DNA of 64,000 nt from Fimbriimonadales bacterium (GTDB lineage: Bacteria > Armatimonadota > Fimbriimonadia > Fimbriimonadales > ATM1), in the NCBI GenBank assembly GCA_051003155.1, contig JBPCLO010000041.1, positions 18,433 through 82,432 on the forward strand. The letters run 5' to 3'. The notes under the pieces were generated by a model that worked only from the letters and a program-made list of their open reading frames with translations, did no database searches and was not told where the DNA came from. Of the stretch, positions 19,792-30,278 are shown piece by piece. A program made the translations under genes and the position numbers. Position 1 is the stretch's first letter; every line of letters starts with the position of its first letter.

Positions 19792-20604
19792 CTAAGTCTC
19801 CCATTCGCAGATGTCAACGAGCCTGGCTGCTGCTTCGACGTTCATCTTGTGCCCCGTCTTCTCGGCCACCACATTCAGAAATCGTAGGGGTATGCCCGCG
19901 AGCGCGATGTCGCCCATGCAGTCGAGCAGCTTGTGCCGCGGCGCCTCGTCCTTGAAGAGCTGCTTAGTAAGATACCCATCCCTGCCGATCACGAGCGTGT
20001 TCTCCTTTGTGCCGCCCTTGCCCAGGCCGGCCTTTCGCAGCCATTCGAGTTCTTCTTCGTAAGCGAATGTTCGAGCGGGCGCGACCTCTGCAGCGTAGGT
20101 TTCCTCATCGATGTTTGTCTCAAAAACTTGAGGGCCGGGGAAACACCCTTCGCGGTGGTACTCGTACCGCCAACGCCCCGATCCGACCGAGACACCGATG
20201 CGACACTCCCCTTCCTGCAGATTCACCCTGCCGAACAGGCTCAAAGCTGACTTCCGTCCGACCGACGCCAATCCCGAAGCCCTCAAGCCGGCAAGGTAGG
20301 TCGCAGAGCCCCCGTCCAGAATGGGCATTTCGTCCCCGTCGACTCCGACTTCCGCATCGGTCACGCCAAGGGCGGCGAACGCACTCATCAGGTGCTCTAC
20401 CATCCGGACCGTGCCGAGGGTCGTGCTCCGCGTGGTGTCCGTTACCGAATCGGGTGTGGCCGAGAAGCGCTCCCCGGACCGTGCGAAAGCGATACCATCC
20501 CCACCCGCCGTTACCTTCACCAGAGATGCGGTGTCGCTGTGGATACCAACGCCTTCGAACTCTGCAGTCCTCTCCAGCGTAATGCGATCGAACTCGAACC
20601 TCAT
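19792..20604 (-). CDS. lpxC: UDP-3-O-acyl-N-acetylglucosamine deacetylase
   Basis: GVGIHS, VEHLMSA, PILDGG, APARTF, RHKLLDCMGD, GHKMN. Confidence 0.95.
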   Translation of the reverse strand: MRFEFDRITLERTAEFEGVGIHSDTASLVKVTAGGDGIAFARSGERFSATPDSVTDTTRSTTLGTVRMVEHLMSAFAALGVTDAEVGVDGDEMPILDGGSATYLAGLRASGLASVGRKSALSLFGRVNLQEGECRIGVSVGSGRWRYEYHREGCFPGPQVFETNIDEETYAAEVAPARTFAYEEELEWLRKAGLGKGGTKENTLVIGRDGYLTKQLFKDEAPRHKLLDCMGDIALAGIPLRFLNVVAEKTGHKMNVEAAARLVDICEWET

Positions 20605-21644
20605 GCTTTGCCGCGGAGCTCCGCGATCTCGGCCTCGAGGTGCAGCACATGCCTTTGCAGCTTGGGGAGCTCCGAGAGAGCGACCTGGATCCGCTTTTCC
20701 AATCCCGCCTTCCGAGGCACTAGGGCCCCCCAATACGCGCCTGGCTCGTCGATATCGGCGGTTGCGGCCGTCTTGGCAGCAAGCGTAACATCATCAGTTA
20801 TCGTAACGTGATCCTTGATCCCCGCCTGTCCGCCAATGAAGTTTCGAGCCCCGACTCTTGCGCTGCCGCCAACGCCCGTTTGCCCCGCTACGACCGTGTC
20901 TTGACCCACTTCCACGTTGTGTGCGATCTGCACCAGATTATCGATCTTCACGCCCTTCCCGATGCGCGTATTTCCGGCCGTCGCCCGATCGACCGCAGTC
21001 AGCGCGCCGATCTCGCAATCGTCTTCGATTCGCACTCCACCCACCTGGGGCACCTTGCGATGCCGCGAACTATCCCAAAAGTATCCGAATCCGTCCGCCC
21101 CGAGCACCGTTCCCGCGTGGATGATCGATCGGTCGCCGATCTGCACGTCGCGGTAGAGCGTCACACGCGGGTAAAGCTTTGCGCCCTCGCCGATCTTGCA
21201 TACCTCGCCAACATAGCAAAATGCGTGAATCTTGGCCCCTGTCTCAACATGGGTTCCGCCCTCGACGACACAGAACGGGCCGACGCTCGCTCCTGCATCG
21301 ATTTGGGCGTCAGCCGATACGATGGCTGTCGCGTGGATGCCTTCCGCGAGTGGCAGGTCACGCCAAGTTATGGCCAAGATGCGGCCGAACGCTTCTCTAG
21401 GAGACTGGCAGCGAATATGAGGCTTCTTGCAGTTCGCCTCGCCGAGTTTCACGAGCACGGCTCCGACATCGGTAGCCTCGACGATCGCAAGGTATTTCGG
21501 CGACTCAGCGAACGTGATGCCTTCCGCGCAGTCGTCTCCTGCGGGGACAGGTAGGGCAATCCGCAAATCTGGTGGACCGTACAGCTCGCCCCCGACGATC
21601 TCCGCAAGTTCTGACAGGGTCCAGCCTATTGATGGTTGATCCAA
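20601..21644 (-). CDS. lpxD: UDP-3-O-(3-hydroxyacyl)glucosamine N-acyltransferase (start approximate)
   Basis: Hexapeptide repeats, GADGFGY, KVPQVGGV, KIDNLVQIAHNV. Confidence 0.95.
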   Translation of the reverse strand: MDQPSIGWTLSELAEIVGGELYGPPDLRIALPVPAGDDCAEGITFAESPKYLAIVEATDVGAVLVKLGEANCKKPHIRCQSPREAFGRILAITWRDLPLAEGIHATAIVSADAQIDAGASVGPFCVVEGGTHVETGAKIHAFCYVGEVCKIGEGAKLYPRVTLYRDVQIGDRSIIHAGTVLGADGFGYFWDSSRHRKVPQVGGVRIEDDCEIGALTAVDRATAGNTRIGKGVKIDNLVQIAHNVEVGQDTVVAGQTGVGGSARVGARNFIGGQAGIKDHVTITDDVTLAAKTAATADIDEPGAYWGALVPRKAGLEKRIQVALSELPKLQRHVLHLEAEIAELRGKA

Positions 21645-22642
21645 GCGATGAAGTCTCCCGTTTTGTCGGGCGCTTCGCGCGGCCCGCGGGCAAGTTTGTA
21701 CCCCTGAATCCGCAACCAAATGTTGAGGCGAGACAGCACCGCGTTCATAGGAGGAGGCAAGGCCGCCGGCTTGGGAATTGGCTCTGCGCGAAAGGAAGCT
21801 ACGGGAATATTGGCTCTAACCGCGGGTTGCCCTGGCAGGGCCCCGGCTCTCACGTCGAGAAGTTCGGGCAGATCGCCTCGGCTCGTGGCTCCAATCCTCT
21901 CATTCGCACGCCTGCTCGCTTCGGCTATTGCAGAAGTCAATTCTTGGCCCTCCACAAGGTCGATCTGAGCGGCTTTATCCCTTCCATACTTGTCATATTC
22001 CGCGAGCAACGGTCCTATTTGCGCTTCGATCTCCTGGTCGATAACATCAAGTCGCGCGGTGAGTCTATCCATCTCCTGTTGCCACTGGCCCTCGACAGCG
22101 CTACGGTCGGCTATCGGGAAGAAATTCAACAGCTGAGGCTCGTGCAGGGGCCGGAGTGGCCATTTTGCAAGCAGCGCCAGGCGGCCAAGAACGTCGCCCC
22201 GCTCATCCGCGTGGGTCAGCATGATCGCTTCGACACCCTTGCGCGTAGATTCCGCGTTCTCCAGGAGGTTTGTTGCAAATTCGGTCCGCTTGTCCGCAGC
22301 CGTCGATCTCGCAATGGCTTCCAACTGTGTACGATAGATGTTCTCGAGCCTCACCTGGGCCGCTTCGACCTGCGAGGCCATCAGAGCGACAGCGTCCGCT
22401 CGGCGTCTTGTCGCAGCTTCCCTGCCCCGGTCGCTAGGCTGCAAGGCAGATAGAAACACCTTAGCCCCCTGCACCGAACCGGTCAAGCTTACCGATGCTT
22501 CCCCGGCCGGTGTGACAACCGCGAGGCTCCGGGCGGCCTTGTGAACATCGACCCAAACGAGCTTGTCCTCCGGCTTTCCGCAGCCCAACGCTACTGCGAG
22601 CGTTAGGCTAAGGGTTGTCGATATCCATGACCTTGAGAGCAT
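21626..22642 (-). CDS. Elongated Skp/OmpH-like putative lipoprotein
   Basis: Lipobox-like AVALGC; N-terminal VWVDVHKAA and C-terminal QGYKLA...DKTGDF echo the OmpH termini; long helical middle; adjacent to skp. Confidence 0.6.
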   Translation of the reverse strand: MLSRSWISTTLSLTLAVALGCGKPEDKLVWVDVHKAARSLAVVTPAGEASVSLTGSVQGAKVFLSALQPSDRGREAATRRRADAVALMASQVEAAQVRLENIYRTQLEAIARSTAADKRTEFATNLLENAESTRKGVEAIMLTHADERGDVLGRLALLAKWPLRPLHEPQLLNFFPIADRSAVEGQWQQEMDRLTARLDVIDQEIEAQIGPLLAEYDKYGRDKAAQIDLVEGQELTSAIAEASRRANERIGATSRGDLPELLDVRAGALPGQPAVRANIPVASFRAEPIPKPAALPPPMNAVLSRLNIWLRIQGYKLARGPREAPDKTGDFIAWINHQ

Positions 22643-23246
22643 CGTCGGTAATGTCCGTAGCGCCGTAAGGGGCGACGTTGGATTCCAGGACAAGGGTGTA
22701 GCCATCTCGTTTTCCCACCTTCTGCACGGCGGCCCTTGCCCGATTGAGTACGTCCGCCTGTTTGGCACTTGCCTGGGCCTGCATCGCCTGGCCCAACAAA
22801 TTGTCCAATTGATCTAGCATGTCTTCCGTTCCCTGGGCTAGGCTCGACATTTCGCGAATCTTTGTCTGCTCTTCCTGGGTGGGGTTGAGCTTGCTGATCA
22901 GGGTTCGTAATTCGTCGCTATTCTTCTGCGCAGCCGTCTTTATCGCTTCCATCTCCGTAGTTTGTGCGGGGGTCGGTTTTTCCGCACGCCAAGTTTCGAC
23001 TAGCTTGGAAGCGTCCTCCCGCTTCATCACCTTATTCGTGTTCATAAATTGAATGAGAGAGCTGTACTTAGTTCTCAAACTGTCGAAGTTTTTCTTTTCC
23101 CTCATTCCCAGCTTAGACTTTTCGGCGAGGTCCGCCAAATTCACAACTGCAAACTTCATCGTTTGCGGCTGAAACGCAGTCAACGCAAATCCGGCCAAGC
23201 CTATTACAGCCACAAACAAGACAATACTCATTTTTCGATCGATCAT
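22608..23246 (-). CDS. skp: OmpH/Skp periplasmic chaperone
   Basis: Signal peptide, KFAVVNL, GYTLVLE...DITDDAL; directly downstream of bamA. Confidence 0.88.
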   Translation of the reverse strand: MIDRKMSIVLFVAVIGLAGFALTAFQPQTMKFAVVNLADLAEKSKLGMREKKNFDSLRTKYSSLIQFMNTNKVMKREDASKLVETWRAEKPTPAQTTEMEAIKTAAQKNSDELRTLISKLNPTQEEQTKIREMSSLAQGTEDMLDQLDNLLGQAMQAQASAKQADVLNRARAAVQKVGKRDGYTLVLESNVAPYGATDITDDALKVMDIDNP

Positions 23247-23265
23247 GTAATTACTCCTAAACTAT

Positions 23266-25077
23266 TTAGAAACTGCCGCCAATTAGAAAGTGCGTGCGCG
23301 GGTTCCCCTTATCATCGAACCCGAGGTCAAGACGGATAGGTCCGAATGGCGTTTTGAAATTAATTCCGATCCCATAGCCCAAATGCAAATTCAGGTTCGG
23401 AGACTGGGTGAATTCCCTCACGGTCCCATACCCGTTCCAAGCCCCACCGTAATCTACGAAGCCGATAATATTGAAGGACTGTTGGATGGGATAGCGATAT
23501 TCGAGTTGCGCGAGGAAAGCGTTCCTCCCCCAAAAGCGGTCTTCAGCGTATCCGCGGACTCCGTTGGAACCGCCTACGAAAAACTGTTCCACGAACGGTA
23601 CTTCTCCGGCGATATATCCAGCGAAAATGCGAGTGGCGATGACTTTGCGCGGCTGGTCGAATTCCTCAGGCTTTCTCGCCGGGCCGCTGCTGAAATACTT
23701 CCGGAAATCCATAATAAACTTCCCGAAAAAGTTGGAACCCAGAATAGGATAGCCCGTCGTCAAGCCGCCGACCGATGAAATATTCGAGTAGCTCGGCTCG
23801 AACGCAAGCCGCAACCAATCGCCCCGCGAGGGATCGACGCTGTTGTCACGGCGGTTCCGCACGACTCCCAGCATCAACGTTGCTACATCTCCATCCTGTA
23901 CGATGAACTCCTCGCCCGGGTCGGGAGTGAAGTTAATCGTGTCGATGTTTTCGGCCTTGATGCCGATGTTGCCACGCGTCTCATTGTTGAATGGGCGGGA
24001 TATGCCGATCGAGCCCCCAGTGCGCCTTTGCGAAAACCGGTCCTCCTCATTCAAACTTCCGCCGCCGATACCGAAGAGAGAACCTCCAAATACGAGTGAC
24101 TGGCGGGAGTAGATGCTTGCGTTCAACGCGGTGCGGCGATCGTCCAGGAACGGGTCGCCGTAGTCGAGCGACAGGCTCGTGCCCAACCCTTGGGCAGATT
24201 GCAACAAATTAATCCCAACAGACTTGCCGGTGCCTTTCAAGTTCGTTTCGGTCAGCGTGAGCAGCCCCGCTAGGTTATTGCGAGGGTCGACCTGGAGGCC
24301 GACATTGAACAAGCCTGTCCGCCCCTCCTGTACCCGCACGATCAGTTCGACTTTGCCCAAGTCCGGTTCGTTGCTATCGGGGTCGATGCTGTCGAACCAG
24401 CGGGTATCAACGATTCGGCGGAGGTCCTCGGACCACGTCCGCTGGTTCAAGAGGTCGCCTTCCTTGGTATCGATCAGCTTGTCGAATATCGAGCGCCTGG
24501 TACGCAGCTTGCTTCCTGCAACCGGTTCGATTGTGATCTTGCTTACGCGCGCTTCGACGATCTCGACGAGTAGCTTGGTCGGTTTCTGTGAATCCGGTTC
24601 GAATTTGCTGATCCTGGCGAAGTAGCCTTCCGTACGATAGAGTTCGCTGATAGCGGTTGCGGCTTTGTCGAGGAGCGACACGTTGAGAACTTGGCCAGGC
24701 TGTATCCCGGGTGTGCTGACCTTGGCAAAAACGTCGAGAATCTTCGTGTCGTCGAAAACCGTGTTCCCGCTGATATCGATTTCTTCGATCTTCGGCCACT
24801 CAACTACTTGGACGACGACCCGATAGGTGTTATCTTGAAGCAACTGGCCGAACACTCGAACGTCCTGGAAAAAACCCATGGCTTCGATGCTTTGCCGGTC
24901 ACGAGTGAGCTGGGCTTCCTGGTAGATTTGCCCCTCCTTGGTTCTCATAACGGATTTGATGGTGTCCTCGTTGACGTTGACGTCTCCCTCGACATCGATC
25001 GTACTAACGATTTGCTGCGCGAACGCCGTCCCAAATGCTGCAAGGAGAACGGCCATCAATGTAAAACGCTTAATCAA
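23266..25077 (-). CDS. bamA: Omp85/BamA family outer membrane protein
   Basis: Signal peptide after RBS GGAGGA (TTG start), POTRA repeats, VRGY motif, TPFGPIRLD, terminal Phe. Confidence 0.92.
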   Translation of the reverse strand: MIKRFTLMAVLLAAFGTAFAQQIVSTIDVEGDVNVNEDTIKSVMRTKEGQIYQEAQLTRDRQSIEAMGFFQDVRVFGQLLQDNTYRVVVQVVEWPKIEEIDISGNTVFDDTKILDVFAKVSTPGIQPGQVLNVSLLDKAATAISELYRTEGYFARISKFEPDSQKPTKLLVEIVEARVSKITIEPVAGSKLRTRRSIFDKLIDTKEGDLLNQRTWSEDLRRIVDTRWFDSIDPDSNEPDLGKVELIVRVQEGRTGLFNVGLQVDPRNNLAGLLTLTETNLKGTGKSVGINLLQSAQGLGTSLSLDYGDPFLDDRRTALNASIYSRQSLVFGGSLFGIGGGSLNEEDRFSQRRTGGSIGISRPFNNETRGNIGIKAENIDTINFTPDPGEEFIVQDGDVATLMLGVVRNRRDNSVDPSRGDWLRLAFEPSYSNISSVGGLTTGYPILGSNFFGKFIMDFRKYFSSGPARKPEEFDQPRKVIATRIFAGYIAGEVPFVEQFFVGGSNGVRGYAEDRFWGRNAFLAQLEYRYPIQQSFNIIGFVDYGGAWNGYGTVREFTQSPNLNLHLGYGIGINFKTPFGPIRLDLGFDDKGNPRTHFLIGGSF

Positions 25078-25094
25078 ATCTTCCTCCGTGAAGC

Positions 25095-25652
25095 CTATGC
25101 TTTCAGATGCGGCGCCAAAGTTTGGCGCAGTTGTTGCCTGGCGCGCGCCAACCGGCTTCTCACCGCTTCCACCGTGATTCCCATCACTTCCGCGATCTGC
25201 TCGTAGCTTAGCCCTTCTATGTCTTTCAGAACAACACATTCCTTGTAGCCGGGCTGCAAATCCCGTATCGCCCTCACCAGCACCCCCCTGAGTTCACCTG
25301 TTTCCGCACTCTGATCGGGTGTTCGACCGCTGTCGAACAATGCCTTTGCTGACTCCGCGAAATCGTCTGACAAAGACAACGTCTCCTTCTCCCGCTTTCG
25401 AGCCTCGCGCCCTATTCGGTCCTTGTTTAGATTCACCAATATCCGGTAAAGCCATGTGTAAGCACGGGACTCCTTTCGAAAGTTCTTCCATCCGCGGAAT
25501 GCCCGCAAGAACGTCTCCTGCGTTAGATCGGCGGCATCGTCCTGATTCTCGGAAAGCCTGAGGGCCACTCCATAGATTCGACGCTCGTATAAGGCAACCA
25601 GCCTCTCGAAGTCTTCTATGGCCCACGCCCATCGTCGGCTGCCGGCAAGCAC
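25095..25652 (-). CDS. ECF-family RNA polymerase sigma factor
   Basis: DAADLTQETFLRA, TWLYRI (region 2); LSYEQIAEVMGIT..AVRSRLARAR (region 4). Confidence 0.93.
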   Translation of the reverse strand: MLAGSRRWAWAIEDFERLVALYERRIYGVALRLSENQDDAADLTQETFLRAFRGWKNFRKESRAYTWLYRILVNLNKDRIGREARKREKETLSLSDDFAESAKALFDSGRTPDQSAETGELRGVLVRAIRDLQPGYKECVVLKDIEGLSYEQIAEVMGITVEAVRSRLARARQQLRQTLAPHLKA

Positions 25653-25694
25653 TTAGACATGGCGCGAGTGGCTTCGTTTCCAGGTTTTTTCACA

Positions 25695-28600
25695 TTAGAA
25701 CCGCCTTGAATACGACAACGTCGCCTTAAGAAGCCCGTCTCTGGTCGCCGCCACGCCGAGGGCTAGCCTGCCGAGAATCGGGTTGCTCGATGGCAGCCGG
25801 TAGTTAAGCCTGATCTCTTCCAACGACTCGCCCGTTAGTGCGAACTGCTCAAGTACTCTACGGTATTCGAGCGTGAATCCGTTACCGAGGGACTTCGCGA
25901 TCGTGATCCCTCCGACGCCCGCCGGGCTGAAGTCGAGCGCCAAATAATCCAACCCCAGCGCCTCTTCCAAAGGCCGTGTTATCTGACTGAGCAGTGCGGG
26001 TGCGGCCACGGAAGCAAGAATGTTTTTAATCTGGGAGTTGAAATCACCGAATCCGGCTGCGGCCACGTTCTCGAATAGCTGCTTCTGGCCCAAAATCGCT
26101 AAGATCTGGCTCTGAGACAGGTCAGGTGGGTCGCTCACCGCGTCGATGCGCAAGGCTTCTTCGCTCAGAAGGTCGCCGCTGATGCGCATGTCGACCGTGT
26201 AGCGCTGAGTACCGAAACCGGCGTCGGCCGTTATGCGCGTGGTTGCGTTGAGATCTACGAGTAGCGTCGCGGTGGTATCGCCTCGCCAGTCCTTGCTGTA
26301 CTTGAAGTCCGCGGTGCCTCCCCGTTCAAAACGAATGCGTCCCGTGGGAAGGGTGACGTCGCCCGCGTCTAATTGCAGCGCCAGCTCGGCGTTCAAGTTG
26401 GACCATCGCCCTTTCACCTCTCCGCTTCCTGTGGCCCGCGCATCCAACGGGCCGCTCGATATTCGGCTGCTGACGATTTGGAGCGTTACGTCGAACAGCG
26501 GGTCCACGGGCAAGTTAGCCGCTGTCGTGGACTCCGGAAACTCTCCGGCGACGTCCAGAACAACGTCGCTCAGGGAGATACTTCCCGAAACCACGGGCTT
26601 AAGAACGTCACCGGTTAAGGCGAGGTCCGTGCTGATGGTCCCCTTCGTAACCGTCTCGGTTCCGAATCCTTGCATGACCGCGAAATCTGTAAATCGGAGA
26701 TGACAATCGGCCTGAGTTCCAACCGGCAAGAATCTCCACTCATTGAGGTCGACGTGCGCCTCCAACAAGAGGCCGGGGCCGCCGCCAGGAGGCGGGCTGA
26801 GGCTGCTGTCCGCACTAGCAAAGAGCTTTAGGACTGGACCTTCCAACTGAACCTTCGCAGATGCGCCGACGAGCGGCGTGTCGAACCCTTTGAATTTGAT
26901 CTGATCGGCGGACGCGCTGACCGCCCCCCGGACATCGAGAGTATCGAGGGTCCCAGAAACAACTAGTTCGCCCCCCTCCAGGGTTCCACGCGTCTGATCG
27001 GCAACGACGCCGAAGAACTCGCTAACGTCTGATATGGACGTGTTCGGAACCTGAATGCGCGCAAAAATGGGCTCGTTTCGTGGTATCGATCCCGGATAGT
27101 GAAAAGGAATCGAAAGTTCTTGCAACGTTGCCCTGAGGTCTCTTATCTCCACTGATCCGACAATGTCGCTCGACGGTGCATTACGATCCCATGACTTCCC
27201 GGATATGACCCCCTCGCGAATGTACAGCGGGTTCGTAATGACGTCGACCGGAAACTCGCCCCACTTCACATTGTCTGTGTCTATCGACGCGGTTATCAGG
27301 GGCGACCTCGCTTCGCCTTCTGCAATGAATGAGAAGCTGGCCGTACCCGTGAGGCCGTTTAGCGTGGGGTCGATGTTTTCGAGCCACTTCAGTTCTATGT
27401 TATAGAACTCGCCATCGAGAAGCAGCTTTCCATTCTCATCGATGTAATTTTGGGCGGTCTCGTTCAGCTTGAAGCTTGCAGGACCATCGAAGAGGCGAGC
27501 TTTCTCGAACACATACAGATCGCCTTCCTTCATAACGAAAGCTTCTGCGCGGCCCATTTCTCGGCCCTCGTATTTCAGGCCGTCCGCTGAAAATTCCAAT
27601 GTTCCGCTAGCAACGTCCCATTTGGTTCCCTGCTTATTGGCGGCGATCTCTTTGGCGCTCAAAGTGAAAGTGCCGTCTAGCTTCTTTAGCTCCTCTCGGA
27701 CCTCGAAAGAGAGTTGATCCTTGAACGCCGCGGAGGCGATGCGGCTCGCGTCCTTGACGCTCAGATTGGAGGCATAGAGAGAGGCGGTGAGTACTTTCGA
27801 GTCGAGGTCGTACGATCCGTTGTCCACAACGACATATTTGTCGTCGTCGGCTACCTCGCCGATGCCGCCGCTGCCACCTTCAAATTTCACCTTTCGCCCA
27901 GCCACTTCGGCGGATAAGTACCCTCCTCCAATCGGCTCACCGTTCAGAACGAGGTCGCGAGCCTGAACCGAGCCGACCCCGCTTACCAGCTTGCCGGCTC
28001 GAAAACTGGCCATCGCTTTGCCGTTCAAAAGCCCCTCGATGCTCGCGGCTCCTTCCAAATAAGGTTCGAAAACGTTCGCGGGAACGTCGGTGAGGCTCGC
28101 AACGATCTGGCTGTCCTTCGTGGGGCTCCAACCACCCGTGACCTCCAGCAGGCCGGTGCCGACATTCGCCGAAGCTTTGTCGATAGTGAGCCCGCCGCCC
28201 CGCCAGTGTGCAGTTGCCTGCGCATTCTTGATCTCGATTCGGTCTGCGAGAAGGCTGTCGGCCGTCAGTTCTGCCGCCACGCTCGGATCCGAGGTGGTGC
28301 CGCCCAGCGTCCAGTTGCCCGTGGCCAAGCCCATGATCTGGTCCTGTGCAAACTCGCCGACTCCCAGATCGAGGATTTTGCCGCTACCCTGTAGCGAGCT
28401 ATTGCGATTAAAGTCGACCGATGCGTCGCCGGTGATTAGCGTCACCCCGCTACGAGCCTCGAAGCGGCGAGCGGAGAGCACTTTGTTCCTGTAGCCGAGG
28501 TTCGCCGAGAAGAAAGGCAAAGAGTACTCTTCTATGTTTACCGAGTAAGCCTCGACTAATCCTGTGACGACCGGATTCGCTGCCGAGCCCCTCACCGTGA

Positions 28601-30278
28601 CGTCACCGTACGCGATGCCGTCAACAGTCGAGCCTGGGAGCCTGCCCAAATCGATGGCATTGGCGGCGACTTTTAGGTCCAATTTACGCCCGTCGAGCGA
28701 AACGGAGCCCCTCCCACGCAGGAGGCCGCTTTGACCCGCAACCTCCGCCGCAGTGACGAATAGTCTGCCATCCTTGAGATTTCCTGTAATGCCGAAGTCG
28801 ACACGCTCGCGGTGGCGTTCGTCATCGATCTTAAACGCGACAAGCGCGTCTCCCGACGCGCGAAGCGTCGCGGTGGGTTTGGTCGCCGAACCGCCGAACA
28901 AAACCTGAAGATCGGCGACGCCGCGCAAAACCGTGTCGCGAGGCACACCCGGCAGCCTCGTCACATCGACGTTGTCCGCGACCAAGTAGCCTTTGACAGT
29001 GGGCTTGTCTCCCAGAAGGACCATTAGCTCGGACCGGGCGGCCGCTCCCAAAAGGTTGCCCTTCAGGCCGCTCAGCCGCAGCGTCTTCCCGTCCGAAACG
29101 ACTACGGACCTGACATTCAAAGCCTGATATTCTTGGAACGATGCCGAGGTCGCTTTGACGTTGCCGGCAGCGAGCATCCTGTCGCCGAATCCGAGTTTGC
29201 CTGAATAGCTCGCGTTACGGAAAGAGAGCTCCCTGGGAATCAATTCGCCCGCATATCTTCGTGCCGTCGATTCGTTGGCTGCAAATATCTCACCCTCTAG
29301 TTGCCCCGCAAGATCAGGTGAGTACCGCACTGTCCCCGTCGCCCTTCCTCGCACCCCGGTTCCGGAGGCCGCAAAATCCCCGGTAGCGAGCCGCTCGGTA
29401 AAAGCGCCTTCGAAACGGGCCGTGTCAAACCGACGCTTGAAAGCAATGACTTTCGACGCGTCTACCGAACCGTCCCCTCGCACCCGCCATTCGGCCTTCC
29501 CGTCCTTCAGCATCGGCTGAATGGTCAACGCCCCGGCGTAGTGCACATTCGATGCCGTCCAGTTGTGAAGCCAATCGACGGCGCGTAGATTCTTCCACTG
29601 GGCGAAGTACTCCTTCAAAGGCATAATGCTTAGCTTGGGGCTTTGAAGTTGGACAAACTGCACATCTTCGGTCGTGGCGTCGAGTACCCCAGACACCTGG
29701 CCAACCCCTTCCACCAGCCCATCGAAGTCTATGGTCGCGCCATCTTCAGTGCCGGCTGCGGAGAAATCAGTAAGGGCGCCACGCCACTCCTGTGGCCGTT
29801 TGACATGCCAATCCCGAAACACGATCCGCGTGTTTTTCGCTTCGATTACGTAGGCTGTCTCGGCCGGTTCCTCGTCCGTAGGAATCGGAACGACGTCTTG
29901 GAAGCTCCACGAGCCGTCTTCGTAGCGCTGGACGACCAAGTCTCCCCCATCGACCTGCACATCGTAGGCGCGCCTTTCAGGGATCCATGGCAGAAGCAAC
30001 TTGACGCGTAAGCGTTCGGCCCTTGCAACAGCGGGCGTCTTCACCTCATTGAGCGTGATGCCCTCGGCGGATAGCACACCGTTCTTAAGGTCGATCCGGG
30101 CAGTCTCGGCGGTTGCTACGACCTCCCCGTGCTTGCCCTCATAAGAAAACGAGACGTCGTTTAAGGGGTCTTGGAAGTACTGAAGGTAGCCGCGCAAATA
30201 GACACCCGCCCAGATGGCCAACAATAAGGGCGGGAGCGCGCACAGTATCCATACGCCCGGTCCCCAGGCTCGCTTCAA
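25695..30278 (-). CDS. tamB: TamB/AsmA-like translocation and assembly protein
   Basis: 1527 aa, single N-terminal TM, long beta-rich repeats, C-terminal SDPPDLSQSQILAIL (DUF490-like); upstream of bamA. Confidence 0.82.
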   Translation of the reverse strand: MKRAWGPGVWILCALPPLLLAIWAGVYLRGYLQYFQDPLNDVSFSYEGKHGEVVATAETARIDLKNGVLSAEGITLNEVKTPAVARAERLRVKLLLPWIPERRAYDVQVDGGDLVVQRYEDGSWSFQDVVPIPTDEEPAETAYVIEAKNTRIVFRDWHVKRPQEWRGALTDFSAAGTEDGATIDFDGLVEGVGQVSGVLDATTEDVQFVQLQSPKLSIMPLKEYFAQWKNLRAVDWLHNWTASNVHYAGALTIQPMLKDGKAEWRVRGDGSVDASKVIAFKRRFDTARFEGAFTERLATGDFAASGTGVRGRATGTVRYSPDLAGQLEGEIFAANESTARRYAGELIPRELSFRNASYSGKLGFGDRMLAAGNVKATSASFQEYQALNVRSVVVSDGKTLRLSGLKGNLLGAAARSELMVLLGDKPTVKGYLVADNVDVTRLPGVPRDTVLRGVADLQVLFGGSATKPTATLRASGDALVAFKIDDERHRERVDFGITGNLKDGRLFVTAAEVAGQSGLLRGRGSVSLDGRKLDLKVAANAIDLGRLPGSTVDGIAYGDVTVRGSAANPVVTGLVEAYSVNIEEYSLPFFSANLGYRNKVLSARRFEARSGVTLITGDASVDFNRNSSLQGSGKILDLGVGEFAQDQIMGLATGNWTLGGTTSDPSVAAELTADSLLADRIEIKNAQATAHWRGGGLTIDKASANVGTGLLEVTGGWSPTKDSQIVASLTDVPANVFEPYLEGAASIEGLLNGKAMASFRAGKLVSGVGSVQARDLVLNGEPIGGGYLSAEVAGRKVKFEGGSGGIGEVADDDKYVVVDNGSYDLDSKVLTASLYASNLSVKDASRIASAAFKDQLSFEVREELKKLDGTFTLSAKEIAANKQGTKWDVASGTLEFSADGLKYEGREMGRAEAFVMKEGDLYVFEKARLFDGPASFKLNETAQNYIDENGKLLLDGEFYNIELKWLENIDPTLNGLTGTASFSFIAEGEARSPLITASIDTDNVKWGEFPVDVITNPLYIREGVISGKSWDRNAPSSDIVGSVEIRDLRATLQELSIPFHYPGSIPRNEPIFARIQVPNTSISDVSEFFGVVADQTRGTLEGGELVVSGTLDTLDVRGAVSASADQIKFKGFDTPLVGASAKVQLEGPVLKLFASADSSLSPPPGGGPGLLLEAHVDLNEWRFLPVGTQADCHLRFTDFAVMQGFGTETVTKGTISTDLALTGDVLKPVVSGSISLSDVVLDVAGEFPESTTAANLPVDPLFDVTLQIVSSRISSGPLDARATGSGEVKGRWSNLNAELALQLDAGDVTLPTGRIRFERGGTADFKYSKDWRGDTTATLLVDLNATTRITADAGFGTQRYTVDMRISGDLLSEEALRIDAVSDPPDLSQSQILAILGQKQLFENVAAAGFGDFNSQIKNILASVAAPALLSQITRPLEEALGLDYLALDFSPAGVGGITIAKSLGNGFTLEYRRVLEQFALTGESLEEIRLNYRLPSSNPILGRLALGVAATRDGLLKATLSYSRRF

